From contig JBBTWD010000002.1 in the NCBI GenBank assembly GCA_038062915.1, forward strand, positions 5,189 through 69,188: a stretch of 64,000 nt of DNA, written 5' to 3'. The notes below the pieces were generated by a model, which saw nothing but the letters and a program-made list of their open reading frames with translations, made no database searches and had not been told where the DNA came from. Positions 8,463 to 16,776 of this stretch are shown in pieces; position 1 is the first letter of the stretch, and every line of letters begins with the position of its first letter. The DNA is from Patescibacteria group bacterium. Its GTDB lineage: Bacteria > Patescibacteriota > Microgenomatia > UBA8517. The position numbers were made by a program, and so were the translations under genes.

Positions 8463-10393
8463 ATTTTGATTTTGATTTCCTTGTCAGTTGTGAGGAAGAA
8501 CTCTTCTTCAAATTTACCTAAATTAATTGTATAAAGAGGGCCATCAGTTCCTGGTTGTTTTTGGATTAAAATATTATAGCTTTTACTAAATTTCATAGGA
8601 AGTCGATATTTAAAAGTAACTTTAACTACCCCCTCGGGTCGCAGTTTATATAAACCTGCAAAAACAGTTTTACCTAAATCTTCATAGGATTGGGCTTTAT
8701 CTTCTAACCCTGTAGCCTCAATAAGCTCACTGCCTTTAGGTACATAAACCCTGACCCAACTTGGAAGTACAGAATTAAGCCAACCGTCGTGCTTTTCCGG
8801 ATTATTATAGGTAAGTGTAATGGTTTTAACAATACCTCCACCCTTTTCTATCTCAATCTCCTGGCCCACCTCGTGCTTTACATATAAATTTGATTTTCTG
8901 CCACCCAAATTCGAGTCGTTTATATGAAGATAGTCACCCTGATATTCCTCGATTTTACCTGCAATTCCAAAATCACTTACAGCTTTTTGAACTTTTTCAT
9001 CAAATAGGTAAAACAGAACATGTTTCTCGGTAACAGATTTATATGCCGCCCCAAATAACGCTGGTAATTTTTCTTTAGGTTGACCCAGAGCATTGGCTAG
9101 TACCGAATTCATTAAGGGTCCGATAATTTTTTTACGGTTGTCATAATTTGGAGGTGTAAAGACAATTTTGCCAGACACAGGATCCCAAACAATGGGTCCT
9201 TCGGTATCTGCAAAGCTCTCAAGCTCGTAAATTACTTGAGGGCAATTACATTTGGGCTCAACTAGCGTGCTAAAATTCCCAAATCCAGGGACGCCAATAG
9301 GTCCGATTGCGTTTAATAAATTAACAAGAAGCTGGGTATCTACTCCGATTATTCCATCAAACTCTTCAATCCCCACACTTTTAGCTTCCTGACTAAAAAG
9401 CTTCATACTCTCCTCAAAATCGGGGGACCAATTCATATCTCTCAAGCGCCAATTTTTCGAAAGAACGTAAGGACCCTTAATATAAGCGATGATAGGGTCG
9501 GGTGCTGGGATATTTGGTTTGTATTTTGCATCCAAATTATAAATATCATTAGAAGAAACTGGCTCGAATTTTGCATTTTCTACTTTTGTAACTGAATATG
9601 CTGTAAGAAATCCTCCGGTGGGACGAAGTTCTTTATCATTCTGGAAAAGGACCAGATATTTACGTGGTCCATCAATCCCTAAAATGTACGGGGCTATTTC
9701 TAAAAGTGGTTTGCCTTCAGTCACAAAGTCCGTTCCCTGATCAATGAAGAATTGAGCTTTAATAATAATTTTCTTAATTTCTTTTCCTTTGAATTTGTCC
9801 GGATATCTTTCAGGGTCAATTTCGTCAATTTCTGTTTTTACTATCTTAAGTTTTGACGAGATCTCATCAAGCTTAGGTATGATGTCAGGGATTGCTTTAA
9901 CTATAAAATCGATTCTCTCTTGTGTTGTTTTTGCTCCATCTACTTCTGATGTATATCCTAAAACGTCAGCGTACGGTAGCGCAGTTGTGACAACAATGTC
10001 AAAAGCGTCAAGGCCAGCATCGCCCGCCTTTATAATATGGCCCAAGTCTTTAGTGTAACCACCTAAAAAGGGTATTATTCTAGTCCAAGAAAAAATAAAA
10101 TAGCTCGTTCTAACCCTGCTTAAGTCTTTTTTAACATTTGGAATTTCATTTTTAACTGCAGATAAATTCCCAGTATCAGCAAGAGTGGCAAGTTTTTGGG
10201 ATGAAACTAACAAATTTTGTCCACTTTGATAAACAAAAAAAGCAGGAATAATAATTCCTAAAAGGAGAATACCTAAAACTACAGCAATAACTTGTAGAGT
10301 TTTTTTTGAAACTCTGGGTTTAACCTCAAGTTCTGGTTGAGGTTGAGGGCTACTTCCTAAATCAATTTTCGGAATTAAGACAGATTCTTCCAT
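8459..10393 (-). CDS. DUF4012-type membrane-anchored extracytoplasmic protein
   Basis: N-terminal TM, helical region, YLVLFQNDKELRPTGGFL, LRDMNWSPDF, KSNLYV, RVYVPKGS, QKQPG; start MEES (10393) preferred. Confidence 0.8.
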   Translation of the reverse strand: MEESVLIPKIDLGSSPQPQPELEVKPRVSKKTLQVIAVVLGILLLGIIIPAFFVYQSGQNLLVSSQKLATLADTGNLSAVKNEIPNVKKDLSRVRTSYFIFSWTRIIPFLGGYTKDLGHIIKAGDAGLDAFDIVVTTALPYADVLGYTSEVDGAKTTQERIDFIVKAIPDIIPKLDEISSKLKIVKTEIDEIDPERYPDKFKGKEIKKIIIKAQFFIDQGTDFVTEGKPLLEIAPYILGIDGPRKYLVLFQNDKELRPTGGFLTAYSVTKVENAKFEPVSSNDIYNLDAKYKPNIPAPDPIIAYIKGPYVLSKNWRLRDMNWSPDFEESMKLFSQEAKSVGIEEFDGIIGVDTQLLVNLLNAIGPIGVPGFGNFSTLVEPKCNCPQVIYELESFADTEGPIVWDPVSGKIVFTPPNYDNRKKIIGPLMNSVLANALGQPKEKLPALFGAAYKSVTEKHVLFYLFDEKVQKAVSDFGIAGKIEEYQGDYLHINDSNLGGRKSNLYVKHEVGQEIEIEKGGGIVKTITLTYNNPEKHDGWLNSVLPSWVRVYVPKGSELIEATGLEDKAQSYEDLGKTVFAGLYKLRPEGVVKVTFKYRLPMKFSKSYNILIQKQPGTDGPLYTINLGKFEEEFFLTTDKEIKIKI

Positions 10394-10409
10394 ACTTATA
10401 AATATAATA

Positions 10410-11060
10410 TCACACTGCTCCCTTACCACTTATCATTATAAATGGAGTTTTGACTATTATTAGGATATCTAAAAGTAGAGATTTTTTTCTAGCGTAGTAT
10501 GCATCCATTTCGATTCGCTTATCAAAATTGATCTCACTTCTTCCTGAAACTTGCCAAAAACCCGTAACTCCGGGTTTGACAGTCTGCGTTTCTTTAATAG
10601 ACCCCTCTGTACCAGGATATTGCATTTTCTGCTCTGTAAGCTCATCGGCATGATAAGGTCTTGGCCCCACAAGGCTCATCTCACCCCTTAAAACGTTAAA
10701 AAGTTGCGGCATCTCATCAATAGAATACTTTCTCATAAATTTACCAAATCTTGTAACTCTTGGGTCATTGTGCAATTTAAAACTAGATTTCTTATACTCT
10801 TTATAAAGTTTTTTAAATCGTGGGTCCTTTGTTATCAACCGATCCGAATTAACCGGCATTGATCGAAATTTATACAACCTAAATATTTTGCCATCCTTCC
10901 CAATCCTTCTCATATGGGCATTGTTCTTTTCTACAAGCACAGGACCAGGAGCGGTCAACTTTGTTATCATCGAAGCCACAAGCATTACAGGAGAAAATAA
11001 AACAATTAAAAAAATCGAGGATAAAATATCTATTATTCTTTTAACTATTTCGTAGTACAT
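10410..11060 (-). CDS. Priming phosphoglycosyl transferase (Bac_transf; small PglC/WcaJ-C-terminal type)
   Basis: KRIIDI, RIGKDGKIFRLYKFRSM, DPRVT, SIDEMPQLFNVLRGEMSLVGPRP, KPGVTGFWQVSGRS. Confidence 0.95.
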   Translation of the reverse strand: MYYEIVKRIIDILSSIFLIVLFSPVMLVASMITKLTAPGPVLVEKNNAHMRRIGKDGKIFRLYKFRSMPVNSDRLITKDPRFKKLYKEYKKSSFKLHNDPRVTRFGKFMRKYSIDEMPQLFNVLRGEMSLVGPRPYHADELTEQKMQYPGTEGSIKETQTVKPGVTGFWQVSGRSEINFDKRIEMDAYYARKKSLLLDILIIVKTPFIMISGKGAV

Positions 11061-11061
11061 T

Positions 11062-12204
11062 TTATAGAAGCTCTTTTCTGTTTTCCTCTTTTAGTTTTTC
11101 AACTATTTTCTTAACACTTTGTGCGCGACTTTTGGTTGTTACCAACAGTGCGTCTTCGGTATCGACTATAACGAGATTGTCCACGTCAACTACTGCAATG
11201 AGCCTTCTATCTGTATATATCAAAGCGTCAGTTGTGTCGATATTTATAACTTCAGCTTTATTTTCTTCTTTAGTTATTATCACATTGCCACCATGATCCT
11301 TTGGGATATTTTCCCAAACTTCTTTCCAATCACCTATATCAGTCCATCCATAATCAGCAATTGCCATAATAAAATTCTTGGCTTTTTCGCTTACCGCATA
11401 ATCAACTGATATGTCAGGTAAGTCCTCATATACAGATTTTGTCGTTTCTGATTCATTTTTTTGCCCTAAAGCATCGGCTATTTTCTGCATGCCATTTGCT
11501 ATTTTAGGAGCGTGTAGATTCAAGGCATTAAGGAAACTCTGTGCTCCCCAAACATATTGATTGGCATTCCAAAAATATTTTCCTGATTGCAAATATTCCT
11601 TTGCAACACTCAATTCTGGCTTTTCTGTAAACCCTTCTAATTTAAATATATGTTTACCGTCGGATTCACTTAATTTGTCTCCCAATTTAATATACCCGTA
11701 ACCAACATTTGGATATGTCGGTTTAATACCAATAGCCAACAATAAATCCTTTTCATATACTGCCCCAGCACAGGAAAGTAAATTTTTTAAATACTCTCTT
11801 TGGGGGTCAACTAGATGATCCGCTGCTTCGTTTAGAATAACTGCCTTAGAATCTTTTTTTAAAATATAGACAGCTCCTAGCGCGTGCGCAGCCGCAGTAT
11901 TTCTTTTCATCGGTTCAACAATAATATTTTCGGCTAGAAATTCGGGTACCTCATCTATAATTTCTTTTTTATATTGGCTAGAAGTCGTCACTGCAAAAAT
12001 TTTCTCCCAGGGAAGAATTTTGTTAAAACGATACGAAGTGATCTGGGTTAAAGTTTTATTATCAAAAAGCTTTAAAAATTGTTTTGGAGAGTTAACTCTT
12101 GAAACCGGCCATAGACGCGTTCCGCCACCCCCAACCACCAACAAAGCGAATAAGTGCTTTTTGTAGTCGTCTCTTGAAAACTTCTTTAGAAAATTTTTGA
12201 GCAT
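11062..12204 (-). CDS. manC: Mannose-1-phosphate guanylyltransferase
   Basis: GGGGTRLWPVSR..PKQFL, EPMKRNTA, GYGYI, FTEKP, DISVDYAVSEK, WTDIGDW. Confidence 0.93.
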   Translation of the reverse strand: MLKNFLKKFSRDDYKKHLFALLVVGGGGTRLWPVSRVNSPKQFLKLFDNKTLTQITSYRFNKILPWEKIFAVTTSSQYKKEIIDEVPEFLAENIIVEPMKRNTAAAHALGAVYILKKDSKAVILNEAADHLVDPQREYLKNLLSCAGAVYEKDLLLAIGIKPTYPNVGYGYIKLGDKLSESDGKHIFKLEGFTEKPELSVAKEYLQSGKYFWNANQYVWGAQSFLNALNLHAPKIANGMQKIADALGQKNESETTKSVYEDLPDISVDYAVSEKAKNFIMAIADYGWTDIGDWKEVWENIPKDHGGNVIITKEENKAEVINIDTTDALIYTDRRLIAVVDVDNLVIVDTEDALLVTTKSRAQSVKKIVEKLKEENRKELL

Positions 12205-12640
12205 TGGCTATTAGCGTTCTTCTATTAAAGCTCATTTTATCAAACTTTTCAATTGCACGAGTCAAACTCTCTTCATTTTGTTCATCAAATAAAATCCCAG
12301 TCTGATTATCTATAACAGTGTCAAGAGCTCCGCCTTTCTTGTGTGCAATTACTGGAACACCCAAGCTCTGTGCTTCAACTGCAACAATTCCAAAATCCTC
12401 CTCTTGTGGCATTATCAAAGCTTTGGCATTTTTATAATAATCTATTAATACTTCATCGCTAACTTGACCAACAAATTTAATATTGCTATATGCCATATGC
12501 TTTAAGCTATATGTACGACTTCCAGTGCCAATAATTACTAGTTTTTTATTTAGTTTATTAAAAGTTTTAACCAAAAGTTCAACTTTTTTATAATTTACCA
12601 GTCGACCCACATATAAATAATACTCTTTCAGGTTTTGCAT
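12092..12640 (-). CDS. GT4 glycosyltransferase, C-terminal (donor-binding) domain only; partner of 12628-13182
   Basis: YYLYVGRLVNYKK, EEDFGIVAVEAQSLGVPVI, GGALDTV, terminal AQKFSKEVF helix. Confidence 0.85.
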   Translation of the reverse strand: MQNLKEYYLYVGRLVNYKKVELLVKTFNKLNKKLVIIGTGSRTYSLKHMAYSNIKFVGQVSDEVLIDYYKNAKALIMPQEEDFGIVAVEAQSLGVPVIAHKKGGALDTVIDNQTGILFDEQNEESLTRAIEKFDKMSFNRRTLIANAQKFSKEVFKRRLQKALIRFVGGWGWRNASMAGFKS

Positions 12641-13182
12641 GATGGAAATATTACTTCAGAATCTCGATCGTAATATTTTTTAATTCTTCTTTTTACTTCA
12701 GTTGATATTGCAATTATTTTATCAGGACGAGTAGACGCAATTTTGTCCCAAGCTCTCAGATAGTTGATAACTGGTTTTGAAATAAACCGCAAAATCGGAT
12801 TTTTAAAATACAAATCATAATGACTCCATAAATAACGAGTAGGTGTCAACATGTAGCAAATGTGTTTTGTACCCGGTTTTGTAATAATTCCTTTTGCCGC
12901 CTCACTAGTAACCGAAATTGCCAAATCATACTCATTAAAATTAAATTGCTCAAAAGCTAGGGGCATTAGCCATCCCAATCCCTCATGCCAACTTTTGGCA
13001 AAAGGAATTTTTTGTATAAATGAAGTGTGGATTTTGGGGAAAATCTTTGCCCAAGCCGCATTTTTTTGATCATAAACAGAAGTATAAAGTGGTGCGTCAG
13101 GGAACATTTCATGGAGAGTTAAAAGTACCCTCTCCGCCCCACCCCACTTATTTACCCTGTCATACACAATAGCCGTTTTCAT
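12628..13182 (-). CDS. GT4 glycosyltransferase, N-terminal (acceptor) domain only
   Basis: MKTAIVYDRVNKWGGAERVL, HICYMLTPTRYLW, IAISTEVKRRIKKYY.RDSEVIFP, then stop. Confidence 0.85.
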   Translation of the reverse strand: MKTAIVYDRVNKWGGAERVLLTLHEMFPDAPLYTSVYDQKNAAWAKIFPKIHTSFIQKIPFAKSWHEGLGWLMPLAFEQFNFNEYDLAISVTSEAAKGIITKPGTKHICYMLTPTRYLWSHYDLYFKNPILRFISKPVINYLRAWDKIASTRPDKIIAISTEVKRRIKKYYDRDSEVIFPSCKT

Positions 13183-13223
13183 CGTTTGAATTTTACACCA
13201 AAAACCGTTTATACTAAACTTAT

Positions 13224-13245
13224 ATCCGTATACTAGTACATAGAT
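13224..13245. promoter_or_regulatory. Imperfect copy of the 22-bp palindrome (putative operator) directly upstream of the TrpR-like gene
   Basis: ATCCGTATACTAGTACATAGAT; 19/22 identical to 13666-13687; ends 4 nt before ATG 13250; contains TATACT. Confidence 0.75.
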
Positions 13246-13249
13246 TTAA

Positions 13250-13660
13250 ATGAGAAGATATAAATTTCTACTTAAAGAGGAAGTGTTTGAGGCTTTAAAT
13301 AAGTTAAGGGCTGCGTTTTTGGCAGCAAAAGATGGCAATGAAGTTGAAGAAATCATAAGAGGAATACTAACCAGCGACGAAAGAATTAAAATCGGAAGAA
13401 GAATTTTGATTTCTCAACTTCTAGATGAAGGGCTTACTTTTGAAGCTATTAGTAAAGATTATAGAATCGGGAAGCAAACTGCACTCCAAGTGCAAAAATT
13501 AAAAGATAGATACCCAAAGTGCTTTGAATTAATTAGTCAAAGGGTGGAAAAGGTAGAAATAGAATTTGGTAAAAAAGCTTATATTAAAACAGGTAATCCC
13601 AAATATCTCAAAAAATTTATTGAGTATACAGGGTTTAAAAGAACAGATGTTAAAAGGTAG
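13250..13660 (+). CDS. Trp-repressor-like (YerC/YecD) helix-turn-helix protein
   Basis: ILTSDERIKIGRRILISQLLDEGLTFEAISKDYRIGKQT resembles the TrpR/YerC LT..E...R...A.LL.G..Y..I HTH pattern. Confidence 0.75.
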   Translation: MRRYKFLLKEEVFEALNKLRAAFLAAKDGNEVEEIIRGILTSDERIKIGRRILISQLLDEGLTFEAISKDYRIGKQTALQVQKLKDRYPKCFELISQRVEKVEIEFGKKAYIKTGNPKYLKKFIEYTGFKRTDVKR

Positions 13661-13665
13661 TTTGT

Positions 13666-13687
13666 ATCCGTGTACTAGTACACGGAT
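13666..13687. repeat. Perfect 22-bp palindrome (operator, recombination site or terminator candidate)
   Basis: ATCCGTGTACTAGTACACGGAT equals its own reverse complement; its centre contains the TAG stop of the convergent GT4 gene; followed by a T-run on the + strand. Confidence 0.9.
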
Positions 13688-14187
13688 TTTTCATAAACAT
13701 TTAACGTTTCTTTGACCATTTTGTGCCAGCTGTAGCGCTTGACGAATTTTTGAGCGTAGGTGATTTTAGATTTTCTCTCGAATTCAGACAAATTTAGTGC
13801 CATCTTTAAAACCTTTATAATTGAATTTGAATCAAGCGGATTAAAATATATAGCTGCATTTTTGTAAACTTCTCGGAATACTGGAATATCACTACATAAA
13901 ACCAGGGTCCCTGCTTTCATCGCTTCAATTCCAGGAAGTCCAAAACCTTCTGAAAGAGACGGAAACACAAAAGCAATTGAATTTTTATAAAGACTTTTAA
14001 GTTTGTTATCTGGTACAAATCCCAAAAGTTTTACGTATTTGTTTTTATTTACTTCGAGTCTTTTAGTGAATACATCTCTACTTGAAGCTATACATAAATT
14101 TACCTTTAGTAAATTAATTGCACTAATTAATCTATCAAGGTTTTTATGTGGATAGGCACTACCCACATATAAAAAATAACTATTCAT
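13675..14187 (-). CDS. GT4 glycosyltransferase, C-terminal domain only; partner of 14180-14698
   Basis: MNSYFLYVGSAYPHKNL, FVFPSLSEGFGLPGIEAM, SDIPVFREV, YSWHKMVKETLNVY; GGAGGT Shine-Dalgarno 5 nt before its ATG. Confidence 0.88.
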   Translation of the reverse strand: MNSYFLYVGSAYPHKNLDRLISAINLLKVNLCIASSRDVFTKRLEVNKNKYVKLLGFVPDNKLKSLYKNSIAFVFPSLSEGFGLPGIEAMKAGTLVLCSDIPVFREVYKNAAIYFNPLDSNSIIKVLKMALNLSEFERKSKITYAQKFVKRYSWHKMVKETLNVYEKSVY

Positions 14188-14698
14188 ATATTACCTCCAC
14201 TTTTTCATTTTTTATTTTGTAACAGTTAACTAGTTCGTTTTTAATGACACTACTTGGAACTATTATTCTGACCGAACCCATAACAGCTTTTGCAAATGAT
14301 ATGTAATAACCAAGTCGCCAAATTTGGTAAATAGGAAACGGTCTGGTTGTGGCCTCCCCGCCAATAAACTTATGCATAATAAGATCATGAATTGTTACAA
14401 TAAATCTTCCAAAGTAAAAAAGTGGTACGTTGAAATGGGGAAAGTGAACAATATCTGGTTTATATTTTGAGATAAGAAAAGGAAGATAAAGTTGCTCTGA
14501 AAAACTATAATGTCTAAAATCTGCTTTAACTTTTTGCCAACTTTTAGGTAAATTTATACCAAGTTTATCTTTTCTTAGCAATATTACATATTTATTCACT
14601 TTGTCAATTTTTGCCAGATTTTCTACTAAATTCATTGTATATCTACCGTTGCCTGCATGTTCTGGGCCGTAAATTCTGGCGTCGATCAATATTTTCAA
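14180..14698 (-). CDS. GT4 glycosyltransferase, N-terminal domain only
   Basis: MKILIDARIYG..AGNGRY, DIVHFPHFNVP, IVTIHDL, IIVPS, KVEVIYE then stop; TTG start overlaps the upstream stop. Confidence 0.88.
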   Translation of the reverse strand: MKILIDARIYGPEHAGNGRYTMNLVENLAKIDKVNKYVILLRKDKLGINLPKSWQKVKADFRHYSFSEQLYLPFLISKYKPDIVHFPHFNVPLFYFGRFIVTIHDLIMHKFIGGEATTRPFPIYQIWRLGYYISFAKAVMGSVRIIVPSSVIKNELVNCYKIKNEKVEVIYE

Positions 14699-15567
14699 TG
14701 AAGTATGGTTCTAACAAAACGACCCAATTTCAATAACTTTATTCCAGTTAAAACAAGAAGATTTATAGGTAACGGGTAACGTTTCCATAGAAACTTCTTG
14801 TAAAAAATTTCCATTGAATTAACTGAAGCCATCCGAAACTTTAGACGTGAAGTTAGTGGGACTTTTTTCTTTGTTTCATTTTTTCCTTTAGAAGCTCCTT
14901 TAAGATGAAGTATGGAAACTTTTGGAAAGTAATAAATTTTATAACCCTTTTCTTTAATTTTCCAACAAAGATCAATATCCTCTCCATCAAGAAAATATTC
15001 TTCAGAAAACCAGTTAACTTCATCTAAAATTTTCTTACGCGTTAGAAAAAATGCCCCCTGGATAACTTCCACTTCGTGTGTCAAATTTTCATTTACATCC
15101 CTATACCAATATAATTTGCCGTTCCCCAAAATCAACCTATTAAAGGAAATCAAAGGTGTAGGAAATCTCCGTCTTGAATCGGGATCCAGCTTCCCATTAA
15201 CCAAAACTGTTTTACAAGTCACAGCCCCAATGTTTTTATTGCTGTTTAAATATTTGATCGTTTCTCTAATTGTGTTTTTATATACAACTGTATCGGAATT
15301 AAGAAAAAGGATGTTTTTGCCCATGGCGACTTTTCTTGCAGCGTTATTACCCTTAGCAAATCCCAGGTTATCATCGTTTTTAATAAGCTTGACGTTTGAG
15401 AAATCGCTTTCAACCATTTCAATACTTCCGTCAATTGAACCATTATCGGCAACAATAACCTCAAATAAAGCCTCACCCTTTACCTTTTTTAATGAATTAA
15501 GACAATCACGAAGAAGGTCTTTTGTATTAAAACTAAGAATTATTATTGAGAGTTCGAGTTTGTTCAT
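14695..15567 (-). CDS. GT2 glycosyltransferase (WbbL/rhamnosyltransferase-like)
   Basis: LSIIILSFNT, DNGSIDGS, NLGFAKGNN, FLNSDT, GEDIDLC. Confidence 0.9.
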   Translation of the reverse strand: MNKLELSIIILSFNTKDLLRDCLNSLKKVKGEALFEVIVADNGSIDGSIEMVESDFSNVKLIKNDDNLGFAKGNNAARKVAMGKNILFLNSDTVVYKNTIRETIKYLNSNKNIGAVTCKTVLVNGKLDPDSRRRFPTPLISFNRLILGNGKLYWYRDVNENLTHEVEVIQGAFFLTRKKILDEVNWFSEEYFLDGEDIDLCWKIKEKGYKIYYFPKVSILHLKGASKGKNETKKKVPLTSRLKFRMASVNSMEIFYKKFLWKRYPLPINLLVLTGIKLLKLGRFVRTILH

Positions 15568-15576
15568 AATCGCAGA

Positions 15577-16776
15577 TTATATCAAACTATGTTTGTTATA
15601 GATTTGATCTAGATATTGGCTCATTTTATACCAACTATACTTTTCTTCAACCAGCTTCCTGGCATTTGTTGAAATTTTTTTCGCAAACTTTTCATCCGAA
15701 AGAATATTAACAGTCGCCTCCGCCATTGATTCTGGATCATCCTTGATGATAATATTAACTCCGTCAGTCGCACCCAATCCTTCAGATCCCACAGAGGTTG
15801 TAATAAGGGGAAGCTTGGCTGCCATTGCCCCGAAATGCTTCAGTCTGGTTCCCCCCGGCCCCTTTAGAGGGGAAACAAAAGCCGAGGCTTTATAATAAGC
15901 ATTCCTTATACCTTCCTGGTCATCTTCTTTTAAATTATCTACGAATATTCTTTTAGATTTTCTCGATAAAATATTTTTCGGGATATATTGACCAACAATC
16001 CATATTTTAACTTTTGGATTTTTGGACCATATGAAAGGGGCAACATCATTTAATAAAAGTTCTGCGGCTTCGATATTTTGCAGCCACTTGAAGTTTGCTA
16101 CAAACAATACTTTTTGTTCATTTTCATTCCATGATGTTTTTAATTTAAAAAAATCTAAATTCACTCCATTGGGTACAAGACCCACTTCAAGTTTTGGGGC
16201 TAGGTCAAGCATTACTCTTTTATCCTCTTGCGACACAGCAACAACTCCATCAGCTTTCTTCCAAAACTTAGTTTCCCAAAATCTAAGCTTTGCCACATCT
16301 ATAGAAAGAAGCAATCTTAACAAGAGATTTTTAAGTCCCTCTACATAATGCTTATAAACAAGGTATTCGATAGTCTGTTCTACTAAAAGAATAGGAACTT
16401 TAGTACTAGGAATATGGGGCATAACATAAAAAGTCTCTGCATGAATCAAGTCATACTTATTTTTTTGGATTTCTTCTTTAACGGCAGATCTTTCTTTCGA
16501 TGAAAGATTTCTAATAACTAAAAATGGATAAGGACCAAAACCAGTTAATAGAATATTACGTAGAGTCCAGGGAGATTTTGACCTTTTAAAGACTTTAACC
16601 TTTTTACAATATTTTTCTAGTTCAGGAATAAACCTTTTTTCTGAATCATCCTTGATTAATGAAAATAATGTAATCTCATGTTTTTTACTTAAGTGCTTTA
16701 TTAGATTATACGATCTAATTTGCCCACCAGAAGATGGAGGAAAGGGTAAATACGGCGTGAGCATTAATATTTTCAT
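15577..16776 (-). CDS. GT4 glycosyltransferase
   Basis: PYLPFPPSSGGQIR, VPNGV, SPLKGPGGTRLK, YSW tail. Confidence 0.9.
   Translation of the reverse strand: MKILMLTPYLPFPPSSGGQIRSYNLIKHLSKKHEITLFSLIKDDSEKRFIPELEKYCKKVKVFKRSKSPWTLRNILLTGFGPYPFLVIRNLSSKERSAVKEEIQKNKYDLIHAETFYVMPHIPSTKVPILLVEQTIEYLVYKHYVEGLKNLLLRLLLSIDVAKLRFWETKFWKKADGVVAVSQEDKRVMLDLAPKLEVGLVPNGVNLDFFKLKTSWNENEQKVLFVANFKWLQNIEAAELLLNDVAPFIWSKNPKVKIWIVGQYIPKNILSRKSKRIFVDNLKEDDQEGIRNAYYKASAFVSPLKGPGGTRLKHFGAMAAKLPLITTSVGSEGLGATDGVNIIIKDDPESMAEATVNILSDEKFAKKISTNARKLVEEKYSWYKMSQYLDQIYNKHSLI

Noticed and set aside
12620-14200. Phase variation or programmed frameshifting as the explanation for the split GT4 genes
   Set aside because: There is no long homopolymer, microsatellite or X-XXY-YYZ slippery site at either junction, and the linker-coding DNA is largely missing, so a frameshift would not yield a normal enzyme.
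15116-15601. Longer antisense ORFs (161 aa here; also 1854-2201, 2256-2642, 41582-42010, 54221-54703, 55630-55995)
   Set aside because: They lie opposite well-supported genes, have the Ser/Leu/Phe-rich composition typical of reverse-frame shadows, and show no motifs.
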